From Octopus bimaculoides (Eukaryota), in NCBI RefSeq assembly GCF_001194135.2, contig NC_068981.1, positions 157,022,979 through 157,086,978 of the forward strand: DNA of 64,000 bases, read 5' to 3'. Below, one piece after another: positions 35,525-48,601 of the stretch; position 1 is the stretch's first letter; each line of letters starts with the position of its first letter. A program made the translations under genes and the position numbers. Under the pieces are notes generated by a model. That model was not told the DNA's origin. It ran no database searches and saw nothing but the letters and a program-made list of their open reading frames with translations.

Positions 35525-38500
35525 GTAAAGGAAATGAATTTTTGATATTATTTAATACATCATTGCAGTTTCAAATGTAAAAGTTTAATTGCCCACTAAG
35601 CTAAGTACACAGTATTTTTTAGTAGTGTCAAGGCAGCGAGTTGGTGGAATCAATAATGTGTTAGACAAAATGCTTGAAAGCATTTCTTCTGGTTCATTAC
35701 ATTTTGAATTCAAATCTCAATGAGGTCAGCTTAGCTTTTCAGGGTTAATAAAATAAGTACCAGTTAAGTACTAGGGTCAATGTAATAAACTAAACCCACC
35801 CTCTTCCCCCAAATTTCATGCCTTGTTTTTTTAGAAAGAATTATTTGGTAGTATTATATTCGGTTCCTTCAAATATAATAGGTGTTATATCAGTTGATTG
35901 ATAATCTGATAGGTGTAAGGGACTGAAAGAAATTATCATTGTTTCTTGCATCAACTTTCCATTATATTATTGATTCCTCAGTATACTTGTAATAAAAGAA
36001 TTTTAGACATTTTAAGACACCTGAACATTTTTTTTTTTCATAGTAGCATCATTTGAAAGTATCTCCTTCACATACCTTGTTTACCTTCTTCAAAGTTACT
36101 TAGTTTAGATAGCCATCAGGTGTAAAGTTACAGCTGTAATATAAATAATAGTTACTTTATGATTACTTGGTTGTAATTTCCTCTTTCAGTCACTTTCTTA
36201 GAATATATTTCACCAACTAAAGCTTATTTAAATCCACAAGAAATTCAATTGTTAGCAGTGAATTGGCAGGATGGTTAAAGCATCAAAATCTTTTTGTTGT
36301 ATTTGTTATCTATATTGGGAGTTCAAATCCCTCCAAAGTCAACTTTGCCTTTTCATCCTTTTGAAATTGATAAAATAGAATCAAGTTCTGAGAGATTAGT
36401 ATAAATGGCTGTTCTCTCCTCCAAATTTCTGGCCTTATGCCAATATTAGAAACCATTACTATTTTTGTCTATTTTCATATTATTCAATGTGTGTTCGAAT
36501 GCCATGTTCTCAAGGGGAAATAACCTCATCTTCAATTGGAGGAGGTGGTAACCGTCAGAGAAAGGATGAAATAAAAACAATCAGATGTTATATTTTAATA
36601 TTACTTACATTGTTACTAACGTTAAAAGTTATCTTTAGTATCTTTAACATAAGGAAAAATAGTTATGAAGATGTACAAACTTGTGAATCAAAATAACGGT
36701 AAGAAAATTTAGAGAACAGAATTTCCATGGACCCCAATAGTTATTATATTAAATGTAAATGGAAGATATTTTGATTTTGGCAACAAAAATTTTCAAACAA
36801 AAAAAACACACACTATGAAGCATATATAAGAAGTATGAATGTTGCATGGTTGAGAGACAAGGACACTGGATATGAAGGACAGAGATTTGATTATTAAATT
36901 TCATGAAAAGCAGAACACCAAGTAAAGTGAGAAATTAGCTGGACATTATTATAGATTAGAGACAATACTACATTTGTACAGACTATAAAATGAATAATAA
37001 TGTGTACTTTGTGTGGTTAGATTTAAGGATATGGCCACATCATCATCTTCATTTAACGTCCATTTTCCATGCTGGCATGGGTTGGACAGCTTGACAGGAA
37101 CTGGTAAGGCCAGGGGGCCACACCAGGTTCCATATTCCGCTTTGGTTTGGTTTCTATGGCTGGATGCCCTTCCTAATGCCAACCACTTTACAGAGTGTAC
37201 TGGGTACTTTTTAGATGACACCATCATAGGTGCTTTTTAAGTGGCATCAGCACCAGTGCTTTTTACGTGGCACTTTGGTTTTAGGATCTCAGTTCTGTTG
37301 TGGTTGGCAGCTATTCTCAAGTATAACAATGCATCACATATCTCACTCCTAAGAATGCAAATCTATCCAACACTTGTGTGTATGGAAACTTGAATTTTAA
37401 AACCATGAAGAAAAATAAACCACTTAACTGTAAAATAGGAGCAGGACTTGTTATTTGTTCATTAAAGTAAACCTTAGTTAATAAGTTCCTTTCTCAGGGA
37501 TTTATTCTATGATATGAATAGTCCAGTTCTTTAATATCACAACCATTGTGCCTCATCTTTGTTATTTAACATTTTAAAAGCATCAAGAAGAAAAGTAAAT
37601 TATTTTTCTGATGAGGGTTTATTTAGAAAGATACCTTTGATCGCTTAGAAAAAGTAACTTTCCATCTTCCATTCAGAACTGATGAATCATGGCAAAATCT
37701 CCCCTACTTAGTTTAAGAAATAAAAGTCTCTCATAGCATTTACTACTTCACATAAATGTTTAGAAATTTCCATTCCTTCACCATGAGACTGATCTTGGTG
37801 TCTTTTCTTGCAAATTTAATATTCCTAAACCTATTACCTGGGAGAACTATTTTCTTGCAGAGAATTTTATGGAAATTTGATTTAACTGTAATACTACACT
37901 TGAACATGAATTTTTTAAAAACCAGACACCAATAGAGAAAAAGAAACAAAGAACTGGCCAGCTTTCATACATGTCCTAGCCAAATAAGGAACATATGATC
38001 TCAAAAATAACTAAATACTACACAGGCAATGGCACAAAATTTGGTCAAAATACAGAATGCCTTTTACTAGTTTACAAACTGTATATTATCTCTATCCTAA
38101 CAATTATCTACTACTTATATAATATGAAAATTAAGAATAGTCTTAGCTGATATTTGAAAACATTTGATGTGAGAAAAGAAAAAATCAAATTATTATAAAG
38201 AATGAATATGTGTGAAGATGTATTGCAAATGTGGGCAAGAAAAATTAGCAATGGCTATTAGTTAGGCCTGGGATGATCAAGTGTATGATTGTAACTGAAT
38301 TATTAAGACTGATTTAAGAAATGAATGTATGGAAGGACAGTTGTGTAATTTTATATTCAAATAAAAAGTTTCAATAGGTGAAGCAATTTGGACACATGAT
38401 TATCAGGCTGGATAAAGACTTATTCAAACAGAATTCTGTTGCTGGACGCCCCTTCTGGTACTTTATTTTATTAACCATTACTCATCAAAGCACCAAGCTA

Positions 38501-38821
38501 CTGGATATATTAAGTACAACATAAATATCACTGGTATCCAATCAGTGTCAGTGTGAAGACACATGGAAACAAACACACACACACACATATATATGTGAAT
38601 CTCTCTAAATTAAAGATATAGATATGATTATTATTAGTATTATTATCATCTCCATTGCTATTATTAATGTCATCAACTGCCTCCACTATAGACTGCATAA
38701 CTAGCTGACTAAGAATATTCAGCAACAACCATAAAAAAAATGACTATATGGTTAAAGTGTTCAGTTAAGATCATGGAAATCTTAGCTGTTAATTCATACA
38801 TTTTCTTTTCTTATTTTTCAG

Positions 38822-38892
38822 AAACTGTTACAAAATTTAGAAGATGCACTTGATGAATTGCTTCTTTTAGAAGACAATGAAAAACCAATTCC
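38822..38892 (+). CDS. PFDN4: PFDN4 exon 3 (KLLQNLEDALDELLLLEDNEKPI + CC)
   Basis: Acceptor TTATTTTTCAG, 71 nt; LQNLEDA is conserved. Ends at a non-canonical ATATCCT donor (U12 type). Confidence 0.95.
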
Positions 38893-41339
38893 ATATCCTA
38901 TTTTTATGCAATGAATGCAGTGTAATTTTTAATTGTGTTAACCATCTTCAATGTTATCATACTGTGAAATAGGAATTCTTAAATATCATTTACTGTATTT
39001 ACCCCTTTTGATACCAACCCGCCTGAGACTGGCTGTGGCTCTATGACACAAACTTACTGTTTTAAAGTAATCTAAATTATAATCATCCATCAAAATTTTA
39101 TGTTAATTTGTTCCAGACACCAGCTTAATAAATGAGAAAGTTATATTTCAATATTCTTCATTTTGTTTTGTGTAGAGCCAAAGAGAATATTTTAGTATTG
39201 TTAGTTTGCATGGCAGAATCTATAGAACATCAGACAAAATCCTTTGCTATAGTTAGTTACATCCTTTTATATTCTAAGTTCAAATCCCAGTGAAGTCAAC
39301 TTTGTCATTCATCCCTCAAGTGTCAATAAAATGAGTACTGGTCAAGCGCAGGGATTAACAGTGGGCTGGCAGAATCATTAGCATGCCAGGTAAAATGCTT
39401 AGTGGTATTTCATCCATCTTTATTCACTCTGAGTTCAAATTCAAGATCAAATAAAATAAGTATCAATTGAACACTGGGGTTAATGTATTTTACTTATCCC
39501 CTCTCCTAAAAATGCTGGCCTTGTACCAAAATTTGAAACTAGTAATATCGATTATTTCTCCCTTTCTTCTCTACAGGCTTTGTGCCTGTTAGAAATTACT
39601 AATTTACTAATCTTTCTGTCTAGCTTTCTTTCTCATTTCCTTCTAATCTTTTACATTTGGATTATGTGTTGTTATTAGTACCACTAATTTGTTAATACCT
39701 TTTATCTCGTGTTCAGCATTTGCTTCTGTCTTAAATACTGATCTAATGTATCTATAATATTCTTCTCTGATTTTCCACATTTTTTTTTGAGACTGGTGTC
39801 TTTTTATTCCTAAATACTTATGTCATAATTGTCATTTAATGTCTGTATTCAGTGTTAGCATGGGCTGGACAGTTCAGCAGATTCCAACAAACTGCAGGAC
39901 TGCATTGACTTCCAGTGTCTGTTTTGGCATTGTTTGTACAGTTGGATGCCTTTCCTAACCACTTTACAGAGGGTAGTGGGTAGTGGGTACTGGCACTTAT
40001 GAGGTCACCAAGTAACTCTCAAGACTAGACTCTCTCAACTTTATGGGAGTGCAATATATTGAAATAGGTGGCTTTGTGTCAGGTGTTGGGAAGCTAAAGT
40101 ATGATGCAGATCCAGGAACAAGTGTCTTACTGTTGAAGAGATACATGGCTACCCCAATAGAAACAGAAGAAAGGATGGTAGGGATGAGGTATTAGGGTGT
40201 ATCCTCAAGGTAAAAAAAAAAGTGGATAAAGAGAGAATAGAGATGACTTCTGTTTTTATTTAACTTTTTATCTCTTTGTAGATTTCCTCTTTTTAAGATA
40301 GTCTTTGACACATCTTTCCATATCCATTCTTGAACTTTTGTACTTTTTGTAATAATAAGGCCAACTCATCATCAACATATAATCAGAAATTATTTACATA
40401 GAGCTGTTTAATGGCTGGTCATTTTTTGACGGTTATATCTGCTGACAATTTGATCACTGAGACTGCTGTGCAGAAGTGTCTCTTCAATTCTCACCCCACC
40501 TCCAAAAAACTATATAATTTTTCAGTATATAATTGTCTCTTACCAACTCTTGGCAAACTGATATTTGAAGAACCTATGATAATATAATGGAATTATTATT
40601 TACAGCCATCATTTTTTTTTCAAACATTCTTATTGATGAATCTTGGGAGGAGCATTATTCCAGTAATAATAAACACACACACTGGTTCAGTCCTTTATTG
40701 TTATTGTTCAGTATTGTTCATGTTGTTATTTGTCTTTTCTTTTCTTTCTTTTTTTTTTCTTTTTTTTTTGTCAAATAATTATTTCATCACATTGTTGCAA
40801 TCTTTTCAGTGGCGCATCTCTCTACTTCCATTTCTTCTGAACTTTATGTTCCAGCGTTGGTATCTGTCCGAGATGAGTGTGTAAGTGTGTGTATGTCTAC
40901 ATGTGTGTGTGTTTATACGTAAGTCTGTGCATCCATATGTGTGTGTGTTTTTTAAATACTGACTTATGTCATTTCTCATACACAGTGGTTTTGGTTTTCT
41001 CTTTGTTTTTATTGCAAACATGTTCATCCATATGACATTTCTCTCAAAGACAGTTCAACCGTCTTCTTTGTTTGATAAATGTTGAATAAATTGATGTCTA
41101 TCTGTGCGTGAGTATGAGCATGTGTGTCTGTGTGTATGGGAGAGCATGTGTGTCTGTATGTGTGTGAGCATGTGTCTGTGACTCAGTGTGTCTTTATGTG
41201 TGTGTGTTTGTGCATTTGTATGTGTGTGAGTTCCAGTGTGTACATGTGTACTTCTGCATGCATGTGAGCGTGTGGGCATGTCTGTCTGTTTATCTTTGCT
41301 TGTGTGTGTGTGCGTCCATGGGTCTTTGTAAGGCCTATG

Positions 41340-42990
41340 CCTATTAAGAGTATTTACTACTCAAAACCAGTCTTGTTTCGTTTATGAAGACTAACTCTTA
41401 TATTTGTCATAGTGATGCATCATCTGGGTGTCAAGACAGGATTTCTATACTAATCCAGTTCAGTACACCACCATGTTGTTCTTTAGCCTGCTGGTAGAGC
41501 ATCGAGGCTTGTATTTGATCCCTGTACTCCTTCCCAGCCAAACTTCTCGCTGTTTCACCTATGTATGCAGTCTTCCAGTTTTTACAATCACCATTCATGC
41601 AGTTTATTCAGTAAACTACATTTCTGGTTTTGCAATTGACACCAGGGTTATATTTACACTCTATACAGTTCTCCTCTTTCTGAAGAGGTATGTTTTGCAT
41701 ATTATTGACCCGATGGATCTCCCTGGTTTTTCCATGACTTTTATGTTCAATTTGCGGGCTAGTTCCCTGTGTGGTGTGGCTTCTACAAACATCACCCCTT
41801 GGAACTTGTCAGCATTGTACCACATGTTCTTTTTGTTCATTTTATCATAAATTCTTTGTATTTTATTCCACTGCTTACTACGGTACCTAGGTTGTGTTCC
41901 ATCGACATCCTTATTTACTATCTCTTCAATTTCTAGCTAGCCCTTTGTACACTTGGATCCTATCTTTCTGGTTGTATCCCAAAAATTGCATGCAATGCAT
42001 GAAGTCTTGTGTGTGTTTCTGTTTCTCCCAGGGTTTTCATAGGGGGAATATGTTTTTCATTATTCTGACTAAGTCAGCTATTGATATTTTAATTTTCACA
42101 TTGTGTGATAGAGCCAAAGTCTCGTGGATTACATACTTCGAGGACATGGGTTTCATATAGTGTGAGTGGAGAATTTGAACTTTGTTATTAATAGTTTCTA
42201 GCCAAAGCTCTGCATCAAGGACTGGGAGTCTCTTGTTTGGGTACCTTGTTGGGTAATCTATAGTTACCCTGATGCTTTGGTGTACGGAATTAGCTAATCG
42301 CTGGATGCTTTCTATCATGATCCTCTCGTTTTCTTCAGTCTGGCTGTTCGATGGTGTCTTGACTATGATAGTGATGTCATCCACATATCTCCCATACAGT
42401 CTGATTGCTACTGAGCATTACTCAAGAGCTTTTTTTCAGTTTTCTGTTCCACCAGGTCATGAATAGGCCCGCCACACTGACACCAATGGGTTCCCCCTGG
42501 ACTTGTATATATAGCTTCTCATTGAATTTAACTATATGGTTCTGTAGGATGGTCTTTAGACTTGCACCCACTGCATGTGCAATCATTTTCCATGTCTGGA
42601 CGTTATCTTCTGGGTTGTGGGTGGATACATTCTATCCACTCCAGCTTTCTGCGGTGTTTTTTGTAGCTGCTGATATGATTGTGGGTGATCTACCTCGTTC
42701 CAACCTGGTGGGGCAGAATCTACTTAGGTCATACAAGTATTCTCTATCGTAAACGAGCTTCAGGAGGAGGCCCAGTTCCCTCATGTTCACCTCACAGAAG
42801 ACTACTTCGCTCTCAGAAATAATTTCTCCAGCAAAGTCAGTGTCAATAGATGGATAGAGTGATACCACATCCATACTACCTACTACACAACCTGTCAGGT
42901 CGTGGGAGTGGTTACATTCATTAACCCTGCTGAGGAGGTCCTCTGTACTTTCACAAACATCAGAAGACATCTCAGTGAGTGGTTTAACAC
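41340..42990 (-). mobile_element. Decayed Penelope-like retroelement (RT plus degenerate GIY-YIG end) inside the PFDN4 U12 intron
   Basis: Minus-strand motifs in order: SMDVVSLYPSI, QGEPIGVSVAGLFMTWW, RYVDDI (about 42374-42391), LPVLD, YMKPMSS..VIH, then VMFVEATP. Several frameshifts. Confidence 0.75.
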
Positions 42991-43253
42991 TTGCAAGAGG
43001 AAGTATGATAGCCTATAATTGCTGGCAATATTGGCACTACAAAATACTTATAGTTGAAGGGTTTGAAATTTTAAAGACTGTATCCTAATTTTCTTTGTTT
43101 TATTTTATTTTTTCCAAGTGAAGTAAAAGATGAGTGACTTCATGAAAAATATGTTTCAGTTCAGATTCTTTGCAAGCTGTTAAAGAATTTCTGGGATTTC
43201 GTTATTATTGATGTTATAACATATATATCAGTGACAAAGGCAGTAATAAGAGG

Positions 43254-43496
43254 TAATATTTATTCCCACTTAAACATGGATGTTCTGTTGGAACAAACTT
43301 TACTGCGGTAGATACCATGAGAGGAACCCTTATATTGGCTTTTGGTGCAAAATGCACACTTGTTTGTTGGTGGGAATTTATTTCCCCTCTAGCAATATAA
43401 ACAAGAGTGCATTTTGCTCTGAAAGCCAATATGAAAGCTTCTCTCATGGTAGTTTGTTCTTACAGAACATCTACATTTAAGTAGAAATAAATATTA
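43254..43496. repeat. Imperfect 243-bp palindrome inside the PFDN4 U12 intron
   Basis: Complementary blocks GATGTTCTGT/ACAGAACATC, GAACAAACT/AGTTTGTTC, ACCATGAGAG/CTCTCATGGT, ATATTGGCTTT/AAAGCCAATAT and GCAAAATGCAC/GTGCATTTTGC, in nested order. Confidence 0.9.
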
Positions 43497-44019
43497 TTGA
43501 TTTTTGTTTGGAGACTGTGACATAGCAGTATTTAGTCTCACTCTACTTTGGATAACTTTGCCTTGTTATATTTTTGGAATATTTGGAATATATAAAATAT
43601 ATAAGAAGCTATACTTCAGATTTAAAACTTTGCACTAATGTGGTTACTGTTCATACAATTTTTATCTTTAGCAACTTCCAGAAAGTTAAACTACTCAGGA
43701 ACCAGAACCATTATTTATTCCTTCTTGAAGCAATTTTGATTAACTCCTTATTATTCCAATTATGTTCATTAAAAATGCAGTCAGAAAATTATCATCTTTA
43801 GCGTTTGTAATCCATTATATAATTATTTACCAGAAATTGCTTGTGCTGTTCCTAGACTTATTTTCATTTTGAGTATTCTCTAGTGTGAATACTTGAAAAA
43901 TATTAGAATTCATTTCAAATATTAATTTGTCCCTAAGTACAATTTTTTAAATTCTTATTTTTATTGTCTATCTAAAATTTTCAAGTTTCTTTAACAAAAC
44001 ATTCCTTAACTCTGCTCAC

Positions 44020-44221
44020 TTATCAAATTGGAGAAGTATTTTTACAGTTGAGTATTGATGCTGCTAATTCGAAATTAGAGGAAGACAAGAAAAAAACTGA
44101 GACAACCATTACTAACCTTGAACAAGAATGTGAAAACCATAAAGCTGTTCTCTCAGACCTCAAGGTGCAATTGTATGCCAAGTTTGGAAACAATATCAAT
44201 TTAGAAGCTGAGGAAGAATAG
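44020..44221 (+). CDS. PFDN4: PFDN4 exon 4 (T + YQIGEVFLQLSIDAANSKLEEDKKKTETTITNLEQECENHKAVLSDLKVQLYAKFGNNINLEAEEE*)
   Basis: Starts after ...TCAC. The join CC|T TAT CAA ATT GGA restores the conserved IPYQIGEVF. The C-terminal LKVQLYAKFGxNINLEAEE is diagnostic. Total 133 aa, TAG at 44219-44221. Confidence 0.97.
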
Positions 44222-44300
44222 TATTAAACCTAATAATTTAATTGTCTTATGTATTTGAAATATATTTCTGAACTTTTTGTCTTTATTTTGTACATTAAAA

Positions 44301-44314
44301 AATAAATGAATAAA
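44301..44314 (+). terminator. Polyadenylation signals of PFDN4
   Basis: Two AATAAA hexamers (44301-44306, 44309-44314) about 80 nt after the stop codon, followed by T-rich sequence. Confidence 0.7.
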
Positions 44315-46749
44315 ATTATTATTTAAATTTCCTGCTTTTCTTTTATCCATGAAGTTATTTTAAACACACCCAGAACTTTAGCTGATGCACTGAAATTGTT
44401 CTCCATCAAACTAGAAATCATATCTTCTGATGTAAACTTTGATACACAGATAAGTTTCTACATACATTTGAGATTTTTTACTATAGACAAATGAAAAATC
44501 TACAACAGGCCCTATAGAGATTGGAACTTACTGGGCTCCTTATGTAACATATAAGAAATTTATAAGAATTGTAGTCCATACAAAATGAGAAGGAAAGATG
44601 TTCTTTATGTATTAATGATGGATTCCTAGTTAAAAGTAGAAAATATTAAGACATTCATATAAACTTGTATTTGGAATTTCACTTTATAAAAGACTAACAA
44701 GGAAACCACCATATGATCGTTTGTCTAGAAGCAATAGAAAATAAATTTTCTTCAAACCATACCCTACCACATTGAAATAGGAAAGATAATAGATTGGATA
44801 ATGCAACAACCCTATTGTATGTTCCAGTATTATATTTAAAAATACAATGGAATAGTTATGGGGCTAAAGCACTTGTTTTGTATAATTCCAGCCTTAATCA
44901 GATAAGGATGTGCTAAGTTATATGCCTCAAGAGATCCTGTTGGGTGAAATTAATTTGATAGTGTGATTTATGTTTAAAATTTAAGTTCATTTTTTATAGT
45001 GAAATATGGATGGATAAGAATTTGAGTAGAATGCTCTTCTGTGAGTAAAAGACTTGGCAAAATGAATTTAAGTATCAACTATACAAAACAATTACAGAAA
45101 CGCTGAAGTTGTCAAGGAGGAGACAGCACATTGATACAAAAATGACTATATTTTTTTAAGAAGCATTTGCTTAATCTTGGGATCAGATTTGAACAGAAAA
45201 CAATAAGCATCTAGTCCATTGATATACATAAGATACAAAGATATCATTACTGAAACTTGAGAAACCAATTTTAGTGATTTGACATGATGCCCAGATTTTG
45301 AAATCAAAGAGAAGCTACAGGGGCTTGTGTTGTAAATATTTGTGTATGTCTATGATAGCTAATCATGAGAGGAAGCACATAATTATAATAATTGGTACCA
45401 TTGTACCATAATTAAATGCTATAAAGACAAAAATGTTATACCTGGCAGTAGTAAATAGTTAAAAGTATTAAATACCACTTTGTGGTGTATGTGTAACCAT
45501 GACTATCACTCCCTTTTTACTGTTTGGGAGTTCCTATGCAAGCAAAATGATTTTTATTGAAGAGAGATCAGAGACTTTTCCTTGTCTTGATTTTAGATTG
45601 TTACTCTTACTTTTGGTTTTCTTAAAACAATAACTACCTCTATTTAATACAAATATAATCATAACGAACTGAAATTAGTGCACTTGCTATTTACACTTTA
45701 CTGATAGCTAAGAAAGATAATAGTATTCCATAATGTTAATGTGAATTATATGTACAAATGATGATAGCAGAACATCAGGAAAAGGGAATTAAAATATAGA
45801 TATATATACTCTTTAGCAAAATAAATTATTTTTCTCTTCCTAGGAAAAGACATTATATGATATATTAGATGTGTAATGCTTTATGACAGCAAATATTTTC
45901 TGTTGTTTGCAAAAGAGACACCAGTGTTGAAGATGGCAATAAAGTGGTAGGTTGTTACTTGTATATCCTCCAAGACAGTGATGATTAAAAAACAATGAGG
46001 TAGCAAACTTCAGTTATAGTGACAAAGATTGAGTCAGGCATAATGCTGATACTCTAATGTCATTTATTAAGGAAAAAAAATGTTAGCTCACAAAAAGAAT
46101 TCATATCAATTAACTAAAAATACCCTAAACGAAGCCAAAGCAATTTGGCAGTGTGAATCAAGGTGTGTAAATCTCTGCAAAGCTATTCAAGTGACTTCAG
46201 ATCTTGGTGATGCTAAGATAGTGCAAGGATGTATTAAGACAGTGTTTGACCCAAGTGTCAACAAATATAGCCATGCTGAAGACTGAAAATAACAAACCAA
46301 AAGAGGACAGACAAGAATAGTTACATTGATGGATTCATCACTACTAAAAACTATACACTGTTCACACTCCAGCAAAACCTGGTTTGGAACAAGCTTTATC
46401 TTCATTTCATGTGCTTACCATATGTGGTGTTTGTGGTGTTATGGGCTGTGATGAGCTATGTGGTGTTGGTGGAGAAGATTGCAGATGAGGCAAATGGAAG
46501 TGAAGACTGCAGGGGCCGGCAGAAGAGCCACGAGGACATGCGTGGACACTGAGCACGTGCAGGTAGTTCGATGAGAGACAGCGCATGTGAAAGGTCATGT
46601 TTTTATCTGGTCAGTGATTGCTGATCCCACCACGGTCAACAGGTAAGGTCTCTGTATTTCTTTCTCCCTTTTTCTTCTTTTTTCTGTTGTCTTTTTCCTC
46701 CATCACACTACACCATATTAGATGAAGATCTCTCAGAGGAAAGCTTGTG

Positions 46750-48430
46750 TGGAAGCAATCAACACTACCAAATGGTAAACCAGTCAGAGAAGACTACATA
46801 TATGTGTAAGTTTTGAAAAAGAATAAAGAAGTCCTTCTGCCATACCTACACATTTTACTCTTTCAATGGTGACATCAAGAAATTTCTCTCATGATGTGCA
46901 AGCTAAAATTGTGACTTTGTATAAAAACAAGAGTAACAAAGGAAACTGCAACAACTATAGAGGAATTTCTCTACTCAGGTAACGTTTTCACAAGAATTAT
47001 TCTGAAGGTAAAGTTTTCACAAGAATTATTCTGCAGCAGTTAACAGAACATATCTTAACAGTCTGGCTTTAGACTGCACATGCAACAATAGATATAGTCT
47101 TTATATTGCAACATCTACAAGAAAAATGCAAAGAGCAAAGAAAACCTTTCTATATTGAATTCATTGACCTTACAAAAGCATTCAATACAGTCAGCAGGCA
47201 GGCCCTATTCTTCTTCAGTTGATCATCTCTTTCCATGAAGATATGAATGCCTGTATCCAGCTTGATAGGTACACATCAGACTCTTTCCAAGTCAAGCATA
47301 GAGTCAAACAAAGATGAATCCTTACCCCTACTCTCTTTGGAATATATTTTGCCACTTTTCTTCATCATCATCATCGTTTAACGTCTGCTTTCCATGCTAG
47401 CATGGGTTGGATGATTTGACTGAGGACTGGTGAAACCGGATGGCAACACCAGGCTCCAATCTAATTTGGCAGAGTTTCTACAGCTGGATGCCCTTCCTAA
47501 TGCCAACCACTCAGAGAGTGTAGTGGGTGCTTTTACGTGTCACCCGCACGAAAACGGCCACGCTTGAAATGGTGTCTTTTATGTGCCACCCGCACAAGAG
47601 CCAGTCCAGGGGCACTGGCAACGATCTCGCTCGAAAACCCTGCAAGGCCAGTCATTTTCTTCATTGTGGATATACTCTGAATACTGCTTGAGAAATTTAT
47701 TCACCTGAAATCCATCATATTTAGCATGCTGTCTCTTGAAGAACCGAATGGAGGAACTGGAAAATCTGCAACAGCATTCAGGAAACTAAACAAAAAGGAT
47801 AAGGGAAAATGTCAAGCTTAGAACAAAGACTAACATTCTGATCTGCGAAACATGTCATTTCAACTGTTCTTTATAGAAGTGAGACATGGACAATATATTC
47901 AAGTAAAGAAAGAAAACTGGACAGCTTTCACATGTACTGTTTGAGGAGGATTCTCTGCATAAGATGACAAGACAAAATTCCTGACACAGAAGTGCTCTGG
48001 AGAGCAAATGTCTCATCACTGTATTCCATATTTACATCCAGATAACTCAGATGTCTAGGGCATGTTACATGAATGCATGACTTAAGAATTCCAAAGTAAG
48101 TGTTGTATGGAGAACTAACAGATGGAAGAGGGAGCAGAGGACATCTAAATATATGCTTTAAGGGCAAACGTGAAACTACTCTGACAATAGAAACCCTCCA
48201 TCAACCAAAGAAAAAACGGGAAGAATCAACAAAGCTAAAGACTGGCTGTGTATGAAGACACTCAAATTCAAAATGTTGAGGAGGCAAGACAAAGATGTAA
48301 GTGCACAACAATGGTAAACACTTTTGCTTTAACATTGTTCTACAGCAGGTATTGTCAAAAACCATCTCAAACACATACAATTTAGCAACCATGAAAGGCG
48401 CTGTTCAAGAAGATGTCAGGTGTAAGAAAT
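46750..48430 (+). mobile_element. Decayed RTE-clade LINE (RT and C-terminal region), interrupted by a SINE
   Basis: Fragments NCNNYRGISLL, FILQHLQEKCKEQRKP...FIDLTKAFNTVSR and ETWTIY...FHMYCLRRIL..W.DKIPDTEVL.RAN. Confidence 0.85.
47362..47651 (-). mobile_element. SINE family A copy inserted in the RTE LINE
   Basis: Family sequence; TTTTCTTCAT occurs on both flanks (probable target-site duplication). Confidence 0.85.
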
Positions 48431-48601
48431 GAAGTTATCATCTCTATAATGCTATTGACCAACCATGAAACCACTAAAGGAGCATACCACTGGCTGATTT
48501 CACATAAAATTTAAATAGACAAAAATCTGATATTAGATGTACTTATATTAGTGGCATGGTGGATAAGAACATTATATGACTCAAATTATTGTTTGTATGT
48601 A

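Larger units (their letters stand above)
38893..44019 (+). other. PFDN4: U12-type (minor spliceosome) AT-AC intron, PFDN4 intron 3, 5127 nt
   Basis: 5' site ATATCCTAT (38893), branch site TTCCTTAAC (44002-44010), AC terminus at 44018-44019 nine nt after the branch motif, and no polypyrimidine-AG at that junction. Splicing here restores the conserved frame. Confidence 0.95.
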
